A stretch of DNA of 64,000 bases from Anthoceros angustus (lineage: Eukaryota > Plantae > Anthocerotophyta): positions 186,001 to 250,000 of the forward strand of contig VJWM01000134.1 of assembly GCA_010909165.1 (NCBI GenBank), in the 5' to 3' direction. Shown one piece after another: positions 35,268-47,417 of this stretch. A program made the position numbers and the translations under genes. Position 1 is the first letter of the stretch, and each line of letters begins with the position of its first letter. The notes beneath the pieces are model-generated. The model was not told the DNA's origin, ran no database searches, and was given only the letters and a program-made list of their open reading frames with translations.

Positions 35268-35546
35268 ATGGTTGCTGTAGAGTACAGCACCGTGGATGGT
35301 GAAGATGGCGTCTCCCTAGCAGTGCGAGTATACAAGCCGGATGCATCAGAGGGGCTAAGCAGCTGGTGCTGGTGCTGGTGCATCAGTACTCAGTTTTGGG
35401 GGCTGTCAAGGGCTGCTAAAGGGCATGGCCACCGAGCTTGCAAGGCGAGGCTACACGACCATCACCTTTGACATGAGGGGTGTCGGTCGGTCCACCGGCC
35501 GAGCTACCATCACTGGATTTGCAGAGGTGCGAGATGTTGTGGCTGT
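35268..35546 (+). pseudogene. Alpha/beta-hydrolase copy 2, 3'-truncated and frameshifted
   Basis: Near-identical to 32375-32655 with 1 bp losses in G runs, then jumps to the 30093 sequence. Confidence 0.8.
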
Positions 35547-37827
35547 CGAACTCTCGGGCAGCAGATGTATTGATTAAGCGGCATTACCAACTGCACAGTC
35601 ATGCTTGCAAAGCGTGCATAGCGGCTACAAACTGTCTGTCCTTGGTGATGTTAGTCGTTCAGTCCACGACTGGAAACACACTCGTCATCAGGAAACGTGT
35701 ATTAACTGTAAAACCGTTTTCCTAGTATTTCCGTAAAGCCATTTTAGCGGAGATGAAATGGATAAGCGCTGCGGCGTTGAACCAGCTCAATTTAGGTTTT
35801 CCCAAGACAACGTTGGTTTCGATTTTGCTGAAGCTCACGGTTGTGCGCTTTGACAAGCTGATCCGCATTCAGGCACTAGGCAAGAGAGTTTATAATCAGA
35901 ATGACATCGGTTTAGTTCTGGGTTTAGGTGTTTAGACATATTACCAAGGACAAGGGACAAATTGTATTACGTCACGCTCTAACGAGCCCAGGCACTGCAA
36001 GTGGGCACAGCAAACACACGTTGAGAGTGTGGCCTCGCGGGGCTGACCATGGCAGCAACAGCTCGCGAGGAGTGACGCAAGCGCAGCCAAGCTGGCGATG
36101 GGGAGAAAACGGAGGCGCGCGATTAGGGTTCCAGTTGTCGAGGTTGCTCAGGAGAGCACCCTGCACGCTGTCACAGTCTTACGTCTACGCGGCATGTCAA
36201 ACAAGGAATCGAAATTCCGTCGTGCCACTTTGGCCAAGCCAGTGATGAGACCAAGTCTTTTTTTTTTGGATAGGACCACGAGAACCGGATTCTGCCGATG
36301 TTGCTTGGGGTGCATGTCAGTTCAACTTGTCAATCCAGAGGGACTTCACGCACGGAGCCGGGGCGTCGTCCGCGATGTTATTGAAAGAGCACAGCCACAA
36401 ATATGAGCCACAAAGCATGAGCACAAGCACGGATTCATTAACCGTGACAGCGGATGGCAGCGAAGCATTTAGTCGGGGTGCGTGCGTTGTAGGTCTTAAG
36501 TCCTTCCAGGAACTCGCACTCTCTGGACTGACTCTCTACACTGCTCTGCAGATCCCGTGTTTCACCTCAAGCCTGTGTTTACAAGGTGCTTCCACGTTTA
36601 TTAGGTAGCCCTCGCAGAAGTAGCCAAACCTACCACGCTGAAGTTGGGGAGACAGGCCTGAAGGTACGGCCCACACATAGCTTATATATGTCACTCCATG
36701 TGATGCCGCTTGGTCTCTGCCTGCAGAACTCATTGTCAGCTGACGGGCTTAGGCTACCTTTCATCTGGCCTTGTGTTATGCTAGAAACTCGGACTCTCTG
36801 CACTGACTCTTTACACTGTTCTACACACCTCAAGCTTGTGCCCATATAAATACTCCAAGTCGTCATATACTTGCGTGGCCTCGCGGAGCGACCTCCTTGA
36901 CACATACGCACCCATTGTAGAGCTGTTCGTCCTTGCTACAAGTTCACCAATCCATGACAATCTTGAGATTCATTGCACACAAGTTCACTAATCCATGACA
37001 ATCTTTAGATCCATTGCACACAGACTCACCAACCCGTGACAACCTTGAGATTCATTGCACACAAGTTCACCAATCCATGATAATCTTGAGCTTCATTGCA
37101 CACAAGTTCACCAATCCATGACAATCTTGAGATTCATTGCACACAAGTTCACCAATCCATGACAATCTTGAGATTCACTGTTTGCCCTGCACCCAGTTCA
37201 GCGTAAGGCTGGGGTTGGGTTGGGCAATGGGCAAAGATATCCAAACCTTTTCATTAAGAAATGTTGCAGCAATCGTTTTAACATGCCAAACACGCGGATT
37301 CCCCGGTGTCGAAACTAGGTAGCTGAGGTTGCTCCCACGTGAGCACCTGCTATTCATCGTCGTCCTACGCGTGAATTCTGGATTTCGGAGACGTTCCAAA
37401 TCACAACTCAATCCTTCTCGTACACTATAACTCTGGAAAGGGGCGGACTTGCTCCATCTTTTAGTGTTTCCGCTGGCACAAAGGGCAAGTCCGATCCTTC
37501 CAAGTCTGTTCTCCCACTATTCCGCGGATCAAAAACGAAATGTGGCCGGCCAAACCAATGGTAATAAGACCACAAACTCGAGTTTGCAACCCTGAAGCCA
37601 TGGCTGTACTTTCACATCTCCAACGACCATCCGGAGTCCAACTTGAAAGCAAGGGAAAAAAATTCTCCCAGGACGGACTCCTGCTCGTTCCTTCGGGGAA
37701 TGGTAACTATGCCCTCGTTCTTCCATATATGGAAGAACGGTGTGTGGATTAGGTCACCAATTTCACTGAGGTGTCCAGTGTTGTTTACGGAGCTCTCTGT
37801 TGAGATTGGCTTGGTGGCTTTTCCAGA

Positions 37828-38605
37828 ATGGTTGCTGTAGAGTACAGCACCGTGGATGGTGAAGATGGCGTCTCCCTAGCAGTGCGAGTATACAAGCCGG
37901 ATGCATCAGAGGGGCTAAGCAGCTGGTGCTGGTGCTGGTGCATCAGTACTCAGTTTTGGGGGCTGTCAAGGGCTGCTAAAGGGCATGGCCACCGAGCTTG
38001 CAAGGCGAGGCTACACGACCATCACCTTTGACATGAGGGGTGTCGGTCGGTCCACCGGCCGAGCTACCATCACTGGATTTGCAGAGGTGCGAGATGTTGT
38101 GGCTGTGTGCCGCTGGGCCGTGGAGCATGTTCCCGCACCTGAGGTTCTGCTTGTGGGATCTTCAGCTGGTGAGACCCAACTTCCCTGTTGTTAGAAGGGT
38201 CTTGGATCGGCATCTGCTCAGGTCATCAGATGTGAAAGAACCTGCTGCACAAAGCCTGGGATGACATACGTTTCTCCATTATCAGTTTCTGGCTTCCTGG
38301 TGTCTAAAACTGCCGTTGTTGTTTCAGGTGCTCCTATAGCAGGTTCGGCTGTGGATGAAGTGCCTGAAGTGCAAGGGTACGTAGCTCTTGGATACCCCAT
38401 TCGGCTTGGCTGCTTCCATTCTCTTTGGGAGGCACCACAAGTATGTTCTGCAGTCTACGAAGCCAAAGCTCTTTGTCATGGGCACTAGTGATGGCTTCAC
38501 CACTGTGAAGCAACTGCAATCTAAGTTGAAAACAGCTGCTGGAAGGGTAGAGACGCAGCTGGTTCCAGGAGTTGGCCATTTCGAGATGGAGGGACCCCAG
38601 TATGA
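37828..38605 (+). pseudogene. Alpha/beta-hydrolase copy 3, frameshifted, last codons missing
   Basis: Near-identical. Indels near 37915 and 38395. Jumps to the 30951 sequence at tatga. Confidence 0.8.
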
Positions 38606-40017
38606 GCCACAAAGCATGAGCACAAGCACGGATTCATTAACCGTGACAGCGGATGGCAGCGAAGCATTTAAGTGCGTGCGTTGTAGGTCTTAAGTCCTTC
38701 CAGGAACTCGCACTCTCTGGACTGACTCTCTACACTGCTCTGCAGATCCCGTGTTTCACCTCAAGCCTGTGTTTACAAGGTGCTTCCACGTTTATTAGGT
38801 AGCCCTCGCAGAAGTAGCCAAACCTACCACGCTGAAGTTGGGGAGACAGGCCTGAAGGTACGGCCCACACATAGCTTATATATGTCACTCCATGTGATGC
38901 CGCTTGGTCTCTGCCTGCAGAACTCATTGTCAGCTGACGGGCTTAGGCTACCTTTCATCTGGCCTTGTGTTATGCTAGAAACTCGGACTCTCTGCACTGA
39001 CTCTTTACACTGTTCTACACACCTCAAGCTTGTGCCCATATAAATACTCCAAGTCGTCATATACTACTTGGCCTCATGAGCGACCTCCTTGACACATACG
39101 CACCCATTGTAGAGCTGTTCGTCCTTGCTACAAGTTCACCAATCCATGACAATCTTGAGATTCATTGCACACAAGTTCACTAATCCATGACAATCTTTAG
39201 ATCCATTGCACACAGACTCACCAACCCGTGACAACCTTGAGATTCATTGCACACAAGTTCACCAATCCATGATAATCTTGAGCTTCATTGCACACAAGTT
39301 CACCAATCCATGACAATCTTGAGATTCATTGCACACAAGTTCACCAATCCATGACAATCTTGAGATTCACTGTTTGCCCTGCACCCAGTTCAGCGTAAGG
39401 CTGGGGTTGGGTTGGGCAATGGGCAAAGATATCCAAACCTTTTCATTAAGAAATGTTGCAGCAATCGTTTTAACATGCCAAACACGCGGATTCCCCGGTG
39501 TCGAAACTAGGTAGCTGAGGTTGCTCCCACGTGAGCACCTGCTATTCATCGTCGTCCTACGCGTGAATTCTGGATTTCGGAGACGTTCCAAATCACAACT
39601 CAATCCTTCTCGTACACTATAACTCTGGAAAGGGGCGGACTTGCTCCATCTTTTAGTGTTTCCGCTGGCACAAAGGGCAAGTCCGATCCTTCCAAGTCTG
39701 TTCTCCCACTATTCCGCGGATCAAAACGAAATGTGGCCGGCCAAACCAATGGTAATAAGACCACAAACTCGAGTTTGCAACCCTGAAGCCATGGCTGTAC
39801 TTTCACATCTCCAACGACCATCCGGAGTCCAACTTGAAAGCAAGGGAAAAAATTCTCCCAGGACGGACTCCTGCTCGTTCCTTCGGGGAATGGTAACTAT
39901 GCCCTCGTTCTTCCATATATGGAAGAACGGTGTGTGGATTAGGTCACCAATTTCACTGAGGTGTCCAGTGTTGTTTACGGAGCTCTCTGTTGAGATTGGC
40001 TTGGTGGCTTTTCCAGA

Positions 40018-40847
40018 ATGGTTGCTGTAGAGTACAGCACCGTGGATGGTGAAGATGGCGTCTCCCTAGCAGTGCGAGTATACAAGCCGGATGCATCAGA
40101 GGGGCTAAGCAGCTGGTGCTGGTGCTGGTGCATCAGTACTCAGTTTTGGGGGCTGTCAAGGGCTGCTAAAGGGCATGGCCACCGAGCTTGCAAGGCGAGG
40201 CTACACGACCATCACCTTTGACATGAGGGGTGTCGGTCGGTCCACCGGCCGAGCTACCATCACTGGATTTGCAGAGGTGCGAGATGTTGTGGCTGTGTGC
40301 CGCTGGGCCGTGGAGCATGTTCCCGCACCTGAGGTTCTGCTTGTGGGATCTTCAGCTGGTGAGACCCAACTTCCCTGTTGTTAGAAGGGTCTTGGATCGG
40401 CATCTGCTCAGGTCATCAGATGTGAAAGAACCTGCTGCACAAAGCCTGGGATGACATACGTTTCTCCATTATCAGTTTCTGGCTTCCTGGTGTCTAAAAC
40501 TGCCGTTGTTGTTTCAGGTGCTCCTATAGCAGGTTCGGCTGTGGATGAAGTGCCTGAAGTGCAAGGGTACGTAGCTCTTGGATACCCATTCGGCTTGGCT
40601 GCTTCCATTCTCTTTGGGAGGCACCACAAGTATGTTCTGCAGTCTACGAAGCCAAAGCTCTTTGTCATGGGCACTAGTGATGGCTTCACCACTGTGAAGC
40701 AACTGCAATCTAAGTTGAAAACAGCTGCTGGAAGGGTAGAGACGCAGCTGGTTCCAGGAGTTGGCCATTTCGAGATGGAGGGACCCCAGTATGACGAGCA
40801 AATGGCTTTGTATGTTGCACAGTTTGCGGGAGTTTAAAAGAACAGTG
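40018..40847 (+). pseudogene. Alpha/beta-hydrolase copy 4, full span but with small indels
   Basis: 1 bp losses near 40105, 40145 and 40830 break the frame. Confidence 0.8.
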
Positions 40848-41763
40848 AGCTCATTGTAGTGACTCCAGGTTTACTGACGAAGCAAATGCTAGCTAGCACA
40901 GCCCATAGCATCGAACACCTCAGACTCTTAATTCGAAGACACGTTTCAGGAGTAGGAAAACAAGTACACAAAAGCAATCCGGTCAAGGCCATCCTAAAGA
41001 AAAGGAATCTCTCTGATAGGATTCAACAAGGTTGGCGATTGCAAGGGCGGGCAAGGGGGATTTGGTAGGATGGGTAAGGTAAGGGGACATTTTTCTTTAC
41101 TATGAGAAAGGAAGACGTAAAGGGGAAGGAGGAGAGGGAGGAAGCAAGGTCAAGAGGACGCTTCTGTTGAGGAGCAGAAAGGGATTGACAAAGCAAGGCC
41201 AAGGGAGATAGTAAGCAAAACAACTCGACATGCGCTCGTCATTAAGAAATGTGTTCTTAACCTAGTGACAATCGGAGCCTCGACACACAGAGTTGTGTGT
41301 CATTTACTGGTGGACAAACAGAGTGGCATACGCTGACAGCGAACATCTCGCAAGTGACAGTTCTAGCTGCAGACGGAAATATGCAGGTAGCCTGAAAGGA
41401 AATCCAGGAGTTTGCCCAGTGGTGTTGTGAATCATTGTCTGGCGCTGTGAACTCGCAAGGATGCAGTCCGACTTTACAAGGCAAGCATGGAACCAAAGTA
41501 AGCTTCCGTCTCCGGAGGAACGGCAATGATCCCCAAGGGCTGCAGTAGAAACAGCAATGCCTCCTGGAGCGGCAGAAACCATGTCTGTTTCCTTCGGTTC
41601 CTGATCCAATCCTCTTCATATATGCATAGTACTGTACCATCCTTTTCCTGTATGCATATTGTATCAGGAGCAGGAGCGGGAGCGGGAGCAGGAGCGGGAG
41701 CAGGAGCGGAGCAGGAGCGGGAGCAGGAGCGGGAGCAGGAGCGGGAGCAGGAGCGGGAGCAGG

Positions 41764-42484
41764 AGCTGGTGCATCAGTACTCAGTTTTGGGGCTGTCAAG
41801 GGCTGCTAAAGGGCATGGCCACCGAGCTTGCAAGGCGAGGCTACACGACCATCACCTTTGACATGAGGGGTGTCGGTCGGTCCACCGGCCGAGCTACCAT
41901 CACTGGATTTGCAGAGGTGCGAGATGTTGTGGCTGTGTGCCGCTGGGCCGTGGAGCATGTTCCCGCACCTGAGGTTCTGCTTGTGGGATCTTCAGCTGGT
42001 GAGACCCAACTTCCCTGTTGTTAGAAGGGTCTTGGATCGGCATCTGCTCAGGTCATCAGATGTGAAAGAACCTGCTGCACAAAGCCTGGGATGACATACG
42101 TTTCTCCATTATCAGTTTCTGGCTTCCTGGTGTCTAAAACTGCCGTTGTTGTTTCAGGTGCTCCTAGCAGGTTCGGCTGTGGATGAAGTGCCTGAAGTGC
42201 AAGGGTACGTAGCTCTTGGATACCCATTCGGCTTGGCTGCCATTCTCTTTGGGAGGCACCACAAGTATGTTCTGCAGTCTACGAAGCCAAAGCTCTTTGT
42301 CATGGGCACTAGTGATGGCTTCACCACTGTGAAGCAACTGCAATCTAAGTTGAAAACAGCTGCTGGAAGGGTAGAGACGCAGCTGGTTCCAGGAGTTGGC
42401 CATTTCGAGATGGAGGGACCCCAGTATGACGAGCAAATGGCTTTGTATGTTGCACAGTTTGCGGAGAGTTTAAAAGAACAGTGA
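41764..42484 (+). pseudogene. Alpha/beta-hydrolase copy 5, 5'-truncated, carries the native C-terminus AESLKEQ*
   Basis: Begins directly after the GAGCAG/GAGCGG microsatellite. Confidence 0.8.
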
Positions 42485-43299
42485 GCTCATTGTAGTGACT
42501 CCAGGTTTACTGACGAAGCAAATGCTAGCTAGCACAGCCCATAGCATCGAACACCTCAGACTCTTAATTCGAAGACACGTTTCAGGAGTAGGAAAACAAG
42601 TACACAAAAGCAATCCGGTCAAGGCCATCCTAAAGAAAAGGAATCTCTCTGATAGGATTCAACAAGGTTGGCGATTGCAAGGGCGGGCAAGGGGGATTTG
42701 GTAGGATGGGTAAGGTAAGGGACATTTTTCTTTACTATGAGAAAGGAAGACGTAAAGGGAAGGAGGAGAGGGAGGAAGCAAGGTCAAGAGGACGCTTCTG
42801 TTGAGGAGCAGAAAGGGATTGACAAAGCAAGGCCAAGGGAGATAGTAAGCAAAACAACTCGACATGCGCTCGTCATTAAGAAATGTGTTCTTAACCTAGT
42901 GACAATCGGAGCCTCGACACACAGAGTTGTGTGTCATTTACTGGTGGACAAACAGAGTGGCATACGCTGACAGCGAACATCTCGCAAGTGACAGTTCTAG
43001 CTGCAGACGGAAATATGCAGGTAGCCTGAAAGGAAATCCAGGAGTTTGCCCAGTGGTGTTGTGAATCATTGTCTGGCGCTGTGAACTCGCAAGGATGCAG
43101 TCCGACTTTACAAGGCAAGCATGGAACTAAAGTAAGCTTCCGTCTCCGGAGGAACGGCAATGATCCCCAAGGGCTGCAGTAGAAACAGCAATGCCTCCTG
43201 GAGCGGCAGAAACCATGTCTGTTTCCTTCGGTTCCTGATCCAATCCTCTTCATATATGCATAGTACTGTACCATCCTTTTCCTGTATGCATATTGTATC

Positions 43300-43456
43300 A
43301 GGAGCAGGAGCGGGAGCGGGAGCAGGAGCGGGAGCAGGAGCGGGAGCAGGAGCGGGAGCAGGAGCGGGAGCAGGAGCGGGAGCAGGAGCGGGAGCAGGAG
43401 CGGGAGCAGGAGCGGGAGCAGGAGCGGGAGCGGGAGCAGGAGCGGGAGCTGGAGCA
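43300..43456. repeat. (GGAGCAGGAGCG)n microsatellite; shorter copy at about 41665-41766
   Basis: Seen directly. It explains the spurious GAGA, EQER and SRSG ORFs. Confidence 0.95.
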
Positions 43457-43476
43457 GTTCCCTAGTTTGCTGACTG

Positions 43477-44475
43477 TCACACGCGTTCCACTTGCAGCAG
43501 AACCGCATTAGACGTGGTCATGACGATGTTGGTGGGAGCATGCTTGTAGTTGGGAGACAGCGTCCAGTTGAAGTGGTGAAGCAAAGCGGCGAGCACGCTC
43601 TTGGCCTCCATGAGAGCAAAAGCCTGACCGACGCAGATCCTGGGCCCGTCCCCGAAAGGGTGGAAGGCGTTGGTTTTCGTTCTTTGCGCTGCCTCGATAC
43701 CGTTCTGAAACCGGTCTGGATTGAAGTGCAAAGGATTGTCACCCCAGAACTCGGGGTCGATGTGCATGAGCACATGGTAGAAATGCACGATGGTGCCAGG
43801 ATGCACTTCCAGATTTCCGATTCTGTGCTTGGTTTTGGCCTCCCGGATTAGGTCAGTCACTGGCGGGTACAGTCGGAGCGACTCGTTCAGGATGTTCCCC
43901 ATCTGCGCAGCATGGAACAGAATCAGGCTATTGCGCAATGCAATGCAGGCCAGCCATGGATGCAGGAAAGCGAGGATGCGGGTGCTCACGGTTGTGAGTT
44001 TGGCTAGGTCGGCAGGGTTGAGGATCCCGGTGCCGCCTGAGACTCGCCGCACTTCCTCCCGGGCCGTGCGCTGCCACTCGGGGTGGCGGGCCAGCAGCAT
44101 GAGCGTCCAGTTGATGAGCTGGGCAGTGCTGCCGAATCCTGCCACGAACATGGTTCTGCACTCCTGAACGATCTGGTCCCGGCTCATGGTCTTGCTCCCT
44201 CGTAGATGCGCGTCCACCATGATCCCCAGCAGATCGTGCCCAGAGTTGTTGGTGCCGCTGCTGGCACCAGCTTCATACTGCGCTTGGACTGCCTCGATCC
44301 GCCTTGCCACCTGCAACTCCAGCAAGTTGCCAAGCAGAGGTACGAACTGGGGTCCTCCAACTCCCTGCTTCTGGTAAAACACGCGCCTCCTCCATGGCTC
44401 CCACACTGCTTTGTACAGCAGAAAACCAGTTGCCACGAACTCCGGAATTTGCAACACCTCCTGGACTCCTGCCAT
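43477..44475 (-). pseudogene. CYP72-clan cytochrome P450, copy 1: intact 3' half, N-terminus fused on by an internal deletion of about 0.96 kb
   Basis: ECRTMFVAGFGST, HPEWQ..AREEV, ESLRLYPP, FNPDRF and FGDGPRICVG heme motif. 87 bp in-frame intron at about 43905-43991. Confidence 0.85.
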
Positions 44476-45007
44476 GAATCAATCCAAGTACTCAGTGGAG
44501 AGGCCCAGTAGCTGCGACGCAGCACCCGGCTGCAACTGCAACTGCAACTGGTGTGCGCATTTAACAAGCCCAGAGCGACGGGGTCAGCGCCGGCACAGGT
44601 CCCCTGGATTTTATTAAAACATAATTCCACGCGCCGACCGCCGACTCGTGCCTTCCAACCAAGCAAGCCGGAAAATCAGGTGGCCGGCTGTTGACACGGT
44701 CGCGCACCATCGCAGCGTCGGCATGGTCATCTTCCCCTCCGCTTCGCCACGTACGGTTCCTTTGTCATAAAAGGAAACCTACATTTGTTGCACAACCGAA
44801 ACCGAAACAGAAACTTGCCCAAGTTCCCCGTCCATGCTCGTCAAAACCCTCGTCACGCGGCAGGTTGTAGAAGAAGAAAAGAATTTTATTTAAGTCCACT
44901 AAGGGCGGATTTCCGTCATGGCACTCAAATATGATAACTAATAGATTACGGTAAAATAGTCTAGATAAATATAAAGGTAAAATTCAAATAAGATAAATAA
45001 TCTTCAA

Positions 45008-45330
45008 TCAATCAACAGTGTCAATGAAATTGCGTGAACGAGGGCCAAACACCACCAATTCATCCCCACGAAAGAAAGCCACTTGACCTGCAGCACGAGC
45101 TGCTCTGAAAGCGGGTAACTTCTCCTTCTTAGTCTTCCATTGCAATGGTGTAAGATCCTCATTGATATATAACTGAGTTGTCCGTAACATAGACCTAGCC
45201 TTCATAACCTGGAGGCGATCATCCATAGAGTGAAAAGTCATAATCAATATGCGCTCCCTACCAGGATCCTTTCCAAGCCAGAAGGCTCGAGGAACGACCA
45301 CATCGACCTCTAGCCTATAACGTAGACATA
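45008..45330 (-). mobile_element. LINE ORF1p C-terminal fragment (L1-transposase/RBD-CTD type); second copy at about 47939-48240
   Basis: RILIMTF..DDRLQVMKARSML..TQLYINEDLT....K..L..F..A...G..AFFRGDELVV matches the R.ILVKF..R..L..IYINEDLT..R..L..G..A....L.I pattern. Confidence 0.65.
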
Positions 45331-46108
45331 TGACATTGACGAGAATCGAACTCACGTACAGCGGGAATCAAACAAGGCCACTCAACAACAACAACCACAA
45401 CAACAACGTACTTAAGGATTGGAATCAAATAAGATCACTCAACATCGACGACAACAACAACAACTTCATTTATGTCCCCTAAGGATTGGAAGGACCATCA
45501 TGGGTCAGAGATAGTACTGCATAAGTAAGGGAAAAAATGGAGTACACATACGTGCATCTCAAATAGAAAGATAATAGCTATTTGAGATGAGAAAGAAGAG
45601 GAACTCCATGTTACAACGGCATGTCAATTAACTGCAACGTGTTTAGGTCAAAAGCAACTTGCAAACTTACGAATAAATGGACCTATAAGGTTTTGACGCT
45701 GATGCCCTAAAGTCATGCGGCAACTTAGAGCATACCTAGATCATAGTGCTTTGGAAATATGGAAGATCGAGCCGATACGAGCATCGGAAGGAAGCTTTGA
45801 CGGTCATGGCATGACCTTGTTGACGAGCCCATAATAATTAAACACTCGGGGGAAACCACTTTTTCTTAACACCTTGGCCTCCATCTTTGGAAAAAAGTGG
45901 CATTTTTCACAAAAAATGTCTTTGAGCCCCCAATAGGACCCTAAAATTGATATTTTTCCAAAAAGTCTTCCAGCCCTTTTTATTGATGGGAAATGGATTT
46001 CACCTCCCTTTGTTTTAGGCAAATGGCTTGGGTATTAACCATATATCCCTAGGTGTATTAGGGATATTGTTAAAGATTTTGGGTCAAATGAAACAAATTT
46101 TTATGACA

Positions 46109-47417
46109 AATCCTGCCACGAACATGGTTCTGCACTCCTGAACGATCTGGTCCCGGCTCATGGTCTTGCTCCCTCGTAGATGCGCGTCCACCATGATCCC
46201 CAGCAGATCGTGCCCAGAGTTGTTGGTGCCGCTGCTGGCACCAGCTTCATACTGCGCTTGGACTGCCTCGATCCGCCTTGCCACCACGTCCTTCACCAGG
46301 GACTCCACCCGGGCACCTGCTTCAGCAGCCTGCCTCTCCATCTTGGTCTTCGGGAGAAACCTAATCAGGCACACACAGCACGGCAGGGAGCATCAATCCA
46401 TGTCTCACGTCACACCCCCCGGCCATAATCTTTCCAAGTGAACACGATCAGCCGTATGTACTTGTTTCCGGGAAGAAGGTTCTTGAGCGTGAACAGGCCT
46501 TCCACGGCGCTCAGCAGCTGCTCCTCCAGAGCCCTGTACACCAAACCCAGGCTGTGGGAGCCCTGGCTGCCAGCAACTGCAGCTCCAAAGGTGGAGTACG
46601 TGACCACCTCCAGGGTTGTCCTGTTGATGTCGTGTATGGGAGAGATCTCGGCATGGCCTCCTTGCTCTGCAACTCTCTTGTCCCAGATGTCAACCAGGTC
46701 TGCTGACGCTCTCGCCATATGATGATGCAGGCCCTGACGGAACCCCGGGAATGGCCCGATTCATGGTCAGGCAGCCTGCCCAAGTGAAGTAGAGTAGAGT
46801 ACGAATGGACACAGCTCTCAGGTCACCTTAAGAAATTCGTTCCGGAATCCCTGGCTCATGATCTTCCGTTGCTGCGCCCAGAAGCCGTCAGTATCGAGGG
46901 CCACGAGCCCCAGGCCAGTGATGCTGGCGAAGGCGTCTCGGAGAAGCTCGTTCCTCTTGTAGGCTGTGGCATGGGTGACGGTGAAGTCCCTCCAGAGCTC
47001 AGCATCCCACACACCCAAGTGCGTCTTGTCCAGCATTTCCCAAACCACCATCTTCTTGCCTGGAATGAAGAGTACCACCCACAATCATTACAAACCCGAA
47101 CGACTACCAGCGACACAAGCCCACGCACGCCGACCTCAGATGTACCAACCCCGAGCGTGTCGCGAGGACCAGTTCAGGATGTAAGGATGCATGGCCTCCA
47201 CCAACCCATTCTGCTCCACCGATACAGGAGCACGAGGGGCAGACCTTGCCTCCTGCAACTCCAGCAAGTTGCCAAGCAGAGGTACGAACTGGGGTCCTCC
47301 AACTCCCTGCTTCTGGTAAAACACGCGCCTCCTCCATGGCTCCCACACTGCTTTGTACAGCAGAAAACCAGTTGCCACGAACTCCGGAATTTGCAACACC
47401 TCCTGGACTCCTGCCAT
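46109..47417 (-). pseudogene. Same P450, copy 2: intact exons 1-4 up to the I-helix (AGF), 3' half missing
   Basis: ATG at 47417. Exon pieces GLGLVAL..FWAQQRKIMSQGF, DINRTTLEVVTYSTFG and FLPKTK..HDLLGIM. Copies 1 and 2 together reconstitute one complete gene. Confidence 0.85.

Noticed and set aside
31487-39369. 41 bp repeat arrays as CRISPR
   Set aside because: The units are contiguous with no unique spacers, there are no cas genes, and the context is eukaryotic.
30090-43456. Hydrolase array as an adaptive gene-family expansion
   Set aside because: The copies show no substitution divergence, only error-like indels and truncations. It cannot be claimed without read support.
41257-43511. ORFs with GAGAGA, EQER, PAPAP or SRSG runs
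   Set aside because: These are translations of the GGAGCAGGAGCG microsatellite.
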